Both the position numbers and the translations under genes were made by a program. A stretch of DNA of 59,169 bases from an uncultured virus (IMG/VR IMGVR_UViG_3300010346_002895). Its lineage: Duplodnaviria > Heunggongvirae > Uroviricota > Caudoviricetes. This document shows, in pieces, positions 28,475 to 36,677 of the stretch. The stretch is from IMG/VR virus record IMGVR_UViG_3300010346_002895. One strand, written 5' to 3'. The notes below the pieces were generated by a model. It had not been told where the DNA came from. It did no database searches and saw nothing but the letters and a program-made list of their open reading frames with translations. Within the stretch, counting starts at the first letter, position 1. Each line of letters begins with the position of its first letter.

Positions 28475-28678
28475 CCGGAACAGAGCTGGAACATACGGAT
28501 GTGAGCGCTCAAAAAACCTTGTGTTTATGCGGCTTTTTGAAATCGGCGTCTGACTGGCAGTCAGAAGGTCACGGGTTCGAATCCCGTTAGCTCCACTAAA
28601 AAAGCCGCATAAACAGTGGCTTTTTTTATTTCTGGAAATTCCGTAAATCCAAAAATAGCCGTAACATAGCTGTAACAT
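28475..28678. mobile_element. attP-like integration site: tRNA core flanked by an inverted repeat and arm-like direct repeats
   Basis: 17-bp inverted repeat 28522-28538/28599-28615; CCGGAACAGAGCTGGAACAT (28475) vs CCGTAACATAGCTGTAACAT (28659). Confidence 0.75.
28546..28595 (+). tRNA. 3' half of tRNA-Ala(GGC), an att-core fragment and not a complete tRNA
   Basis: Anticodon arm TCTGA-CTGGCAG-TCAGA, T arm ACGGG-TTCGAAT-CCCGT, acceptor 3' strand TAGCTCC-A; no D arm or 5' acceptor strand. Confidence 0.85.
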
Positions 28679-28802
28679 TTGGCAATTTCACATGAATTGA
28701 GGCTGCGTCGCATTTGATAAAATGGCACGTTGTGATTGATCATTCATATGCTGATGCAAGCAAGAGCATAGAAAATATTATTCAAATTGACTGGGAGACA
28801 GA

Positions 28803-29540
28803 CTAATCGAGTATCAATTCGGTCTGAGGTTTTTGATAGTTCCAAAGAAATCCAGCATCATCTTTTGATTCGCTGATAATTTCGACAAGAATATTTTCAA
28901 TTTCCTTATTCCACCATTTTCTACTTCTGACGTTATCGCCAAAAACTACCAGTAGCGTGGTAAATATGTAATCAAGCGACTTCCCGCAAATAAATGGAAC
29001 CCAGTTTTTATACAATTCTTGTTTCGTCATAGGGGTATTTTCTTCTATTTGATAACAACCATCGGGTCCCAAGAAAACATTTTGGATTGAGCGATAAGAA
29101 AGGGATGGTATAACCTCCAACTTTCTTATCGATGATTTCCTACAGTCAAAAGAAGAATCGTAATTGCCATGTGTCCTTTTGTTGAGAAATACATACGTTG
29201 TTTTATACTCATTTTGATATCCAACCTGATTGAACCTATTCTGAATACTCGGCATACGATCTTCGTAATATTTCATTTCATTTACTTGAGGATTTTTCGA
29301 TATCCATTGTAGGTTCACTGAGGTTTCTATCAAACATCTCAATAATGCCAAGGAAGATGTAACGTGGGCTGCTTCAAGCAGTTGAGATATCCCCTTCGTA
29401 TATTCAGACATTAGATTTATATGTATCTTGAACACTTCCAAGCAATTTGAAAAAATTCGAGGATTTGCTTTTTTAACCGACATATCTAACCATTCCGCCG
29501 CGTCAAGCATAGTAACAAAAAGCGCAACGTGCTTTTTCAA
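28803..29540 (-). CDS. DUF5677-like (HEPN-like) helical protein
   Basis: ALLRCLIE...WI and Y.FL...THGN motifs. Confidence 0.55.
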   Translation of the reverse strand: MKKHVALFVTMLDAAEWLDMSVKKANPRIFSNCLEVFKIHINLMSEYTKGISQLLEAAHVTSSLALLRCLIETSVNLQWISKNPQVNEMKYYEDRMPSIQNRFNQVGYQNEYKTTYVFLNKRTHGNYDSSFDCRKSSIRKLEVIPSLSYRSIQNVFLGPDGCYQIEENTPMTKQELYKNWVPFICGKSLDYIFTTLLVVFGDNVRSRKWWNKEIENILVEIISESKDDAGFLWNYQKPQTELILD

Positions 29541-30001
29541 TAAGTCGTTCCCCCCTCTAAAAGCGAAGATGCGTCCCTTTTCTTATCAACCCAGCCTTTT
29601 TGAAGTAATTTTCTTTCTATGCGAACGATAGTGCGTTTGTATTTAAGTTGACATTCCCATACTCTAATAACTGACCAACCTTCTCGCCTAAGTTTCGAAG
29701 TTACTTTTCTATCATGTCTTTTATTGATATCGATTTTATCTTCCCAGTAAGCAACATTACTTTTAGGGGGGGTATAACAATGGGGACAACCATGCCAGAA
29801 GCACCCATCGACAAAAAGGGCTATCTTCTGTCTTGGCCAACAGAAATCCGGCGTTCCAGGTATTTTATAGTGTCTTCTCCAGCCATTTAATCGGTTATTG
29901 CGCAGAAGAGACAGCATCTTTTTTTCTGTGCTCGCATTTCCTCGCGACTTAATCGCCGCCATGTATTGAGATCGGGTTGCTTTATCAACTATATCGGCCA
30001 A
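29537..30001 (-). CDS. vsr: Very short patch repair endonuclease
   Basis: RSQYMAAIKS, PGTPDF, FVDGCFWHGCP, RVWEC. Confidence 0.95.
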   Translation of the reverse strand: MADIVDKATRSQYMAAIKSRGNASTEKKMLSLLRNNRLNGWRRHYKIPGTPDFCWPRQKIALFVDGCFWHGCPHCYTPPKSNVAYWEDKIDINKRHDRKVTSKLRREGWSVIRVWECQLKYKRTIVRIERKLLQKGWVDKKRDASSLLEGGTTY

Positions 30002-30074
30002 AGTTTTCTTCTCTTTATCAAACTGAAAACGACATGTTCATAGTGTCTTTATCAAAAAAAGAGATGCTTTTACC

Positions 30075-30995
30075 TTATATAGCAACTTTAGTGAAATAGG
30101 GATAATATTTATAAAAATCAGCGTATTGCCGCATCATTTCTGAATTTTCCGCTTCAGATTCTCCAATCATGTAACCAAGTTTTGTAGCTAAATTTCTTTC
30201 AGTATTATTTTCATCTGGAAGTAAATGTTCCAAATGAAGCCTCTCCTTAATACTCAATACAGGAAGCTTGATCTTGTGTGGAGCTTCCCATTCAGTGTTT
30301 GCAAATTTCCAAGTTGCAAAAAGGCCTTTAACCATATCAACATTCCCTAATTCGCATATTATTCCCGTTACATTTAGCATGTCAGTACCATCTGAATAAT
30401 AGGTCGATGATATAGGTTGAAAAACAATTCCGTTAGAAGCTGGAAGGATACCTTCGACAGACTTTCTAATCATTTTTTGAATAAGTTCTGGTAAGCTTTT
30501 CTTTATATATTGATCACTTACAGCAGAAGGCAACAACGATTGAAATATCTCTTTAAAAGATTCAACTCCCTGCTCGCGATTCGCTCTTAATGTCAGTTTT
30601 ATGATTGTTCCGTTACAACCCCTATCTAACAATTTATTGAACTCCAAAAACCTCTCGATTTTTAAGTCGGTATAATCCAACCAAAAAATCTCTCTTCCTG
30701 TACAAGAGTATGTTGTTATAAAGTCGTTAAGGCTCGCGTGATGTAATTCTAATCGCTTTGTAAATTTGTGAAATTTCTGTCTTTTATAGGTTTCCTCGTT
30801 TTGTTCAATAGAAACCATCTTAATATTGGGATAAAATGTATTTATCAGGCGGCAATCTTCTAAAAAAGGCCCACATAAGCCGTAATATGTATAGTTAGAT
30901 AGAGTATAATTATTGCTCAGTTTTGATAAAACCTCTATCAGTAAGTTGCGATCTACAGCTTTGTTAAGACGGAGATGATATGGCGGATGATTCAT
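30075..30995 (-). CDS. Putative class I SAM-dependent (O-)methyltransferase-like protein
   Basis: YHLRLNKAVDR, YYGLCGPFLED, VSIEQ, IFWLDY, YSDGTDM. Confidence 0.6.
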   Translation of the reverse strand: MNHPPYHLRLNKAVDRNLLIEVLSKLSNNYTLSNYTYYGLCGPFLEDCRLINTFYPNIKMVSIEQNEETYKRQKFHKFTKRLELHHASLNDFITTYSCTGREIFWLDYTDLKIERFLEFNKLLDRGCNGTIIKLTLRANREQGVESFKEIFQSLLPSAVSDQYIKKSLPELIQKMIRKSVEGILPASNGIVFQPISSTYYSDGTDMLNVTGIICELGNVDMVKGLFATWKFANTEWEAPHKIKLPVLSIKERLHLEHLLPDENNTERNLATKLGYMIGESEAENSEMMRQYADFYKYYPYFTKVAI

Positions 30996-32404
30996 TTGCG
31001 AGCCTCTTTCAATACCCGATCAAAACAGCTTTCGCCGACTTTTGATGCGCTCGCATCAGCATCATCAAGCAAGAACTTTCCAATTATCTTAATCTCATTT
31101 GTTTCGCGGACAAAAGCAATGCGTTGCTTTGTTGTTGGTTCTGGTGGCGGTAATGGTAAGTTCGGCCTAAATTGTTTGCCGCCCGGGCCCTTTATTACGG
31201 TTCTAAATTGTTCTTTTCCAATTTCTTTTTTCAATTCCTCAAAGGGCATTAATTTGCCTTTCTTAATATTTTCTTTCCCCTCCTTTACGTTGATTGATTT
31301 CCATTTGTTAGTGTAGTTAATAAAAAGACCCATTCCTTCTCTCATTTTGTTCTTAACTTGAAGGTAGATGGTAGAATTTGCATTGATTCCCCGCTTGGTT
31401 GTAGTTGTAGGTAAATTTCTAGGATCATCACTCTTGAACTCTACAATTCCTGAGATTGCGATAAACTGTGTATGATACGAAGGCAAGCCAGCTTCACCCC
31501 AGCCGGTAAGCTCGCTTTTATCGTTGTATAGAACCACTCTGTCATTGCATATAACTGTCCATCCTGCATCTTTTGATGAAAATAGTTTGCCCTCCTGGTC
31601 CTTATCCAATTCTTCCTGTGAAGGAATGGGGCGGGTAAAACCGACTGCTAAGTACACCTCAACACCGTTTGTCTTTGCCCTATAAATGAAAGGTTTTATT
31701 GAATTTTTATTTTTTATATCTGAAAAAACCAGACTAGGAATTTTAGCCTCAACTTTTTTCCCGTTCAAAAACACTTCAAATCCTCTGTCAATTATGAGAG
31801 CATAATGTGACGACACGGCTTTATACAATTCATCTTCAAACAAGTTTGAATCGTGCCCAAGAAGGGTGGAAATACCAGGATAGATATCTTTAATACATAC
31901 TGTTGTGCCGTCTTCTTTTATAGTTGGTTTCGTTTTTTGAGTCGGTAGATACCAATTATCTTCATCAATAATCCAATCAGATGAAATTTTGACTTCGTAA
32001 GAGTCACCTTGATTTTTTGTGGAAATCAAACATTCCTTTCCAATTTTAAATATCGCCCTTTTCATACCTATGCCATAAGCCCCTACACCTCCTTTTTGTA
32101 TTTTGGCATCTTTGGGTCTGCCCATTTTGAAAGCATAATCATGCAGCGCCCATGGAATGCCACCACAGTTGTCATGAATTGAAAAAATGGAGTCCGAAAA
32201 TGTGATTTTTGCATAAAACCCTTTGTATGGTTTGTCGCTGGCACGCTTATTCGCGCTTCTTAGTATTCCATCGACGCAATTGTCTAACAAGTCGAGTACA
32301 GCGTCTATCAATTGTATGTCTCTCGTGAGCATATCAACAAAAAAAGATTTTGCAGGCCGCGCATCAACAACATCTGGATGTGTAGTCGTTGTTTTGGGAT
32401 TCAT
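30992..32404 (-). CDS. GHKL/MORC-type ATPase
   Basis: DLLDNCVDG, DNCGGI, GAYGIGMKRA, GTTV; start probably MNPK at 32404. Confidence 0.85.
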   Translation of the reverse strand: MNPKTTTTHPDVVDARPAKSFFVDMLTRDIQLIDAVLDLLDNCVDGILRSANKRASDKPYKGFYAKITFSDSIFSIHDNCGGIPWALHDYAFKMGRPKDAKIQKGGVGAYGIGMKRAIFKIGKECLISTKNQGDSYEVKISSDWIIDEDNWYLPTQKTKPTIKEDGTTVCIKDIYPGISTLLGHDSNLFEDELYKAVSSHYALIIDRGFEVFLNGKKVEAKIPSLVFSDIKNKNSIKPFIYRAKTNGVEVYLAVGFTRPIPSQEELDKDQEGKLFSSKDAGWTVICNDRVVLYNDKSELTGWGEAGLPSYHTQFIAISGIVEFKSDDPRNLPTTTTKRGINANSTIYLQVKNKMREGMGLFINYTNKWKSINVKEGKENIKKGKLMPFEELKKEIGKEQFRTVIKGPGGKQFRPNLPLPPPEPTTKQRIAFVRETNEIKIIGKFLLDDADASASKVGESCFDRVLKEARK

Positions 32405-32423
32405 AATGACATCTCTCTTTCTG

Positions 32424-33587
32424 TCATACATTTTGAAGTTTGCAAAATACAACTTTCATAATGAATTCAGCAAGTATTGGGCTCACACTGTTTCCTATTT
32501 GTCGGAAACTATGCCACTTGGTTGGTGAAAATTGAAACCAATCTGGAAATCCTTGCAGTCTGGCCGCCTCCCTTGGCGTAATCACCCGGTTCTCGGTTGG
32601 ATGAAGCGGTCTTACAGCCTGATAACTTCCGCGTTCGCGACCTGTTCCTGCCCTGAGAGTTGGGCAAAATCCATTTGGATCAAGTCTTTGCGCTTTCGAG
32701 ACATAATCACGTTTGCCCTGTCCTACCTTCGCGTATCTTTCAGAGACTTCTTGTGAATGCACCGTTCCCAAAAAACCAGATACAAGCCTCTTGCTTTTAA
32801 GACGTTCGATAGCTTCCATATCCCCAACCTCTTCAGGAATATGTCCATGCAATCTTCCGCCAAAATAACCGTTCAGTACATATCGGACTGGTCTCCATCC
32901 ATCCCGTTCGGATTGCCAGGACGGTTTTATCTTTGTTGGCAGGCCTTTTAGTGCGTCACATACACGTACGATTTCCATCCCTTTTGGAGGCATAAAGTCT
33001 TCTGGTGTCAAAGGGCTCATCTCGTCTTTCTGATATCCGAAAAAGAAAATGCGTTTTCTTGTTGTAGGCGCGCCATATTCATTGGCTGAGAGAACCATTG
33101 GGGACAATAAAACATAATCCTTTTCAATTATTGAAAAGGCTCTTTCCCTTGTTTCCCGATTTTTTTCGCCCATTATTCCCGGAACATTCTCAGCCAAAAA
33201 GAATTTTGGGCGAGTTTCCGCGACTATTCTAAAAAACTCAACAAACAGGCCATTGCGAGCATCGCCCTTATTGTTTCTTCCTATGTGACTGAAACCTTGG
33301 CATGGCGGCCCACCAATGATTCCAGCAAGGTCGCCGTTCCTTAAATTCAATGAAGTTCTCAGGTTATGTCCTGTGAGTTTTGAAACATCAACAGCTAAAT
33401 GATCCGTCTTCAGAAAATTTTTTTTATGGGCGTTCATTGCTTCCGAATCAATCTCCACTGCTCCGCTCACAACAAATCCTGCACGAGCGGCTCCAAGACT
33501 CAATCCTCCTGCTCCGCTGAATAGATCGACAATCTGATGAGAATCGCGCCTTTGCTTGATTCCGACGCTGTGTAATTTGTTGGACAT
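32424..33587 (-). CDS. dcm: DNA (cytosine-5)-methyltransferase
   Basis: DLFSGAGG, GGPPCQGFS, ENV, REAARLQGFPD, QIGNSV. Confidence 0.95.
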   Translation of the reverse strand: MSNKLHSVGIKQRRDSHQIVDLFSGAGGLSLGAARAGFVVSGAVEIDSEAMNAHKKNFLKTDHLAVDVSKLTGHNLRTSLNLRNGDLAGIIGGPPCQGFSHIGRNNKGDARNGLFVEFFRIVAETRPKFFLAENVPGIMGEKNRETRERAFSIIEKDYVLLSPMVLSANEYGAPTTRKRIFFFGYQKDEMSPLTPEDFMPPKGMEIVRVCDALKGLPTKIKPSWQSERDGWRPVRYVLNGYFGGRLHGHIPEEVGDMEAIERLKSKRLVSGFLGTVHSQEVSERYAKVGQGKRDYVSKAQRLDPNGFCPTLRAGTGRERGSYQAVRPLHPTENRVITPREAARLQGFPDWFQFSPTKWHSFRQIGNSVSPILAEFIMKVVFCKLQNV

Positions 33588-33772
33588 ACTATTCAGGCCA
33601 GTCCCTTGTTGGGCGCAATTTGAAAATTACCACTGAAGTGGAATTATACTTGTTCGCAAAATATTTGTATATCTTTGCGAGCCCATTGGGCGTACTGCCG
33701 ATTTATCGAATTCCTTCATGATTTCGATGGAAAGGATGTTTTTTAATTGAAAAAGAGAAAACGCAAATCATA

Positions 33773-34897
33773 TCACACCGCCCTCACCAGCCTTGTCTTT
33801 TCCCCGAACATCAAATTGATATACGGTCTGCAAAGCTTCACTGCCCTATCCGGGAACTTGATGTAGTTCTTATATAGCGATCCCGTCTGACCACGCCACT
33901 GGTGGACGTTGATGATGCTCTCGTCCGCCCCGGCCTCTTCCATGCGGCAGGCAAAATCCTTGCGGAATGTTTTTGCCGTGAATTTCAAACCCGTCTCTGC
34001 GGTGAGCTTCCGTATCTGTCTTGCCACCGTTGTTTCACACAACGGCAGCGCGCCGGTAATTCCCTCGTTGTCCAGATACGTGATTATGTGCTGGGGCACC
34101 GCAATCTTCCGGTACATCGGACGCCCCGCTTTTTTCGTAACGAACACCGTCCAAGAACACTTCTGGCGGTCAATGTGCTTCATTTCGAGCCGGAATATCT
34201 CCGACGGCCTCAGCCCTGTGCATCGCGCCACCTCGATAAAAATCCTCGTTGAGCGATACTCCTCTGCCGACACCGCCCCCATAATTACTTCCCACTCCAT
34301 CTCTTCAAATCTCGGATTATCTGGTTCTTCCGGCATGAATCTATTCGCATACCTCTTAAGAAGCGTGCTGAATGGATTCAAACCCGGCCAGAGCCTCTCG
34401 TCTTTCAGCCATGCAATCATTCCCGACGCTGTCGTGATGACGAGCCGGACAGTGTCGTATCCGTATGGGTGGTCAATCATCTTCTCGATGAATTCCTGGG
34501 CGGTGACATCGTTGATATCCGTGATTGGGGAGTCGCCGTAGTGGTCATAGAACTTTTTGCATAGATAATGGAATTTCCTCTTGTCGCATCTCCGATTCAG
34601 TCCATGCCATTCCTCGTATGCCGTCATGGCCTCTCGGCACGTCTTATATTTCCCACTTGGACGCGGGCCCTCGTCGTGGAGGCTCTGGAGAAGATTGAAT
34701 ACGGCCAGATGCGCCTTGTTCTGGATTTCCATCGGCTCTTCATTGAAATTGCTTTTTGTCGGGAACAGTCCAGGTAGTCGCTTTGTAATCAGCTCGCCGT
34801 TGTCCAGCTTGAGCTTGACGGCGTATTGATGGCCGTGCGCGTAATGCCCGATTTTAACAATGTTGTAAGCCACGATTTTGTGCTTTTCCGGTTCCAT
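33773..34897 (-). CDS. Tyrosine recombinase/integrase
   Basis: TGLRPSEI, KTFRKDFA, C-terminal Tyr (YKNY); transcribed toward the att site. Confidence 0.85.
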   Translation of the reverse strand: MEPEKHKIVAYNIVKIGHYAHGHQYAVKLKLDNGELITKRLPGLFPTKSNFNEEPMEIQNKAHLAVFNLLQSLHDEGPRPSGKYKTCREAMTAYEEWHGLNRRCDKRKFHYLCKKFYDHYGDSPITDINDVTAQEFIEKMIDHPYGYDTVRLVITTASGMIAWLKDERLWPGLNPFSTLLKRYANRFMPEEPDNPRFEEMEWEVIMGAVSAEEYRSTRIFIEVARCTGLRPSEIFRLEMKHIDRQKCSWTVFVTKKAGRPMYRKIAVPQHIITYLDNEGITGALPLCETTVARQIRKLTAETGLKFTAKTFRKDFACRMEEAGADESIINVHQWRGQTGSLYKNYIKFPDRAVKLCRPYINLMFGEKTRLVRAV

Positions 34898-35034
34898 GCA
34901 ATCACCCCTTTTTGTCAGGGGTGAGGTTGCCTCTGAACCGGATTAACCTCAAGCCATTTTTAGTTAATTTCAGGTGTCCGGTCCCGGTGTCCTTACCGAT
35001 GTGGGGTCACATCCGAGAGATCCGAAAAACACCT

Positions 35035-35269
35035 TCTATCTGGTAAAGGCCCTTTTGATATGGCTTGAGGCGACAACTTTTGAAAAAATATTTTAAGCGC
35101 CGGTCGGGATGCAGTGGTTTCCCGGTCGGCGCTTTTTCTTTTATTAAGGTACACGCGCGATCCTTTTATATCCCCAACCACCCAAAATCCGAGCTTTTCC
35201 CACCCCCGATAAATTTATTTTTGAAACCTGTCGCCTTGGGCACCCCCAAAAGGGCCTTTACCAGGTAGA
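35035..35269. repeat. Long imperfect inverted repeat between the divergent integrase and replication operon
   Basis: CTGGTAAAGGCCCTTTTG 35040-35057 / CAAAAGGGCCTTTACCAG 35247-35264, plus AGGCGACA/TGTCGCCT. Confidence 0.85.
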
Positions 35270-35297
35270 GGCACAAAAAAACGAGGCGAGCGGGACC

Positions 35298-35582
35298 ATG
35301 AACAAGACTGCGGAAATCCTAACAAACGAAGACGCCGGCGGAATCTACGGCACCTGTCCTTTTCCCACGGAAAACGATATCCAGATGCGGATCGACGTCG
35401 ACAAAGCGGTTCGCGCGCTACCTCCGCGGCTCATGCTAATATGCCGCCTCATCGCACAGGGCGCGCCGAAGCATGAAATCTACGAACAGGCCGGAATAAG
35501 CCACACGACATTCCTGCGAGACATCGTAAGGATCAGACGCATTTTCACACAGCGCAATCTTCAAATTTACATCAACGACTGA
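35298..35582 (+). CDS. Small sigma region-4-like HTH protein
   Basis: IDVDKAVRALPPRLMLICRLI...EI...GIS. Confidence 0.7.
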   Translation: MNKTAEILTNEDAGGIYGTCPFPTENDIQMRIDVDKAVRALPPRLMLICRLIAQGAPKHEIYEQAGISHTTFLRDIVRIRRIFTQRNLQIYIND

Positions 35583-35601
35583 AAGAAAGGAGGGTTGGAA
35601 G

Positions 35602-36648
35602 ATGCAAAACGACAGAGACCGGGAAATTCTCACTTACTCGAGCATCAAGACGTTTCGCAACTGTCGGAGAATGTACGACCTGAGATATAACCGGCATCTT
35701 GCGCCGATTGACGAGGACTCGGAAGCGCAGGCTCTCGGAACCATTTTTCACGGGAGCATGGAACGGTGGTACGGTCGCGACATAGCCGTCCCCGTGGAGC
35801 AAGCCGGAAACAGCGTCCTCGAATACATCGACGGCGCCTGCCCCGACAGGGTTCATGATGACCGTCAGCGGAAGATGTGGCATCTCGCCCGTGCGATGTT
35901 TCTGGGGTATGTGAAGCGGTATCCCTCGGAAGGCTTCGACGTCGTCGCGGTTGAGAAAGAATTCGAAAGCCAGATCATCAATCCCGACACCGACTGTCCG
36001 AGCCGCACATTCATCATGCGAGGCAAGGTCGACGGCATCATTCTGAAGGACGGGAAGCACTATCTCCTCGAACACAAGACAGCCTCGACCATCGACGGCA
36101 ATTACATCGAGCGGCTGCCGATGGATTTTCAGATTATTCTCTATTCCGACTACATAGAGAGATTCCTGAACATCCGCATCGCGGGCATTCTGTACAACGT
36201 CGTCGGCAAAGCGCAGCTCAAACAAAGCAAGGGCGAGACTCTTGCCGAATTCGAAGAGCGCCGAGCGGCGCTGATAGCAAAATCCAAAACCGGCAAATCG
36301 TCCGCAAAGCAGCAGATGCCAGAGTCCGACGATGATTTTCAAGCGCGGCTCGCCGTGAAATATGCCGAAGACGATATGTTCCACCGCGAGCTTCTCATCA
36401 TTTCCCGCGACAACTTCGATGTGTTGCATTCCGAGGTCTGGGAACTTACCCAGCAGCTTCTGCTCGCGCGGCGCTCTGGCCGATGGTATATGAACACCGA
36501 TTACTGCTTCCACTACAACCGCCAGTGTATTTACTTTCCCATCTGCCGCTCGGGCGAAAATCCCAACGTCATTGAAAACCTCTATCGCGTTGTGCCGCCT
36601 CATTCCGAACTGAGCGGCCCCGCCGTGGAGCCAGAACCAGTTTTTTAG
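35602..36648 (+). CDS. PD-(D/E)XK exonuclease (AddB/Cas4-like, four-Cys Fe-S staple)
   Basis: YSSIKTFRNC, GTIFH, GKVDG, LEHKT, QIILY, C..C..C at the C-terminus. Confidence 0.85.
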   Translation: MQNDRDREILTYSSIKTFRNCRRMYDLRYNRHLAPIDEDSEAQALGTIFHGSMERWYGRDIAVPVEQAGNSVLEYIDGACPDRVHDDRQRKMWHLARAMFLGYVKRYPSEGFDVVAVEKEFESQIINPDTDCPSRTFIMRGKVDGIILKDGKHYLLEHKTASTIDGNYIERLPMDFQIILYSDYIERFLNIRIAGILYNVVGKAQLKQSKGETLAEFEERRAALIAKSKTGKSSAKQQMPESDDDFQARLAVKYAEDDMFHRELLIISRDNFDVLHSEVWELTQQLLLARRSGRWYMNTDYCFHYNRQCIYFPICRSGENPNVIENLYRVVPPHSELSGPAVEPEPVF

Positions 36649-36677
36649 GCCTATGCGGCCAGAAAGGAGATTTACCA

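Noticed and set aside
28546..28598. Functional tRNA-Ala gene
   Set aside because: The 5' acceptor strand and D arm are missing
35602..36648. CRISPR cas4
   Set aside because: No cas1, cas2 or array; the context is a phage recombination module
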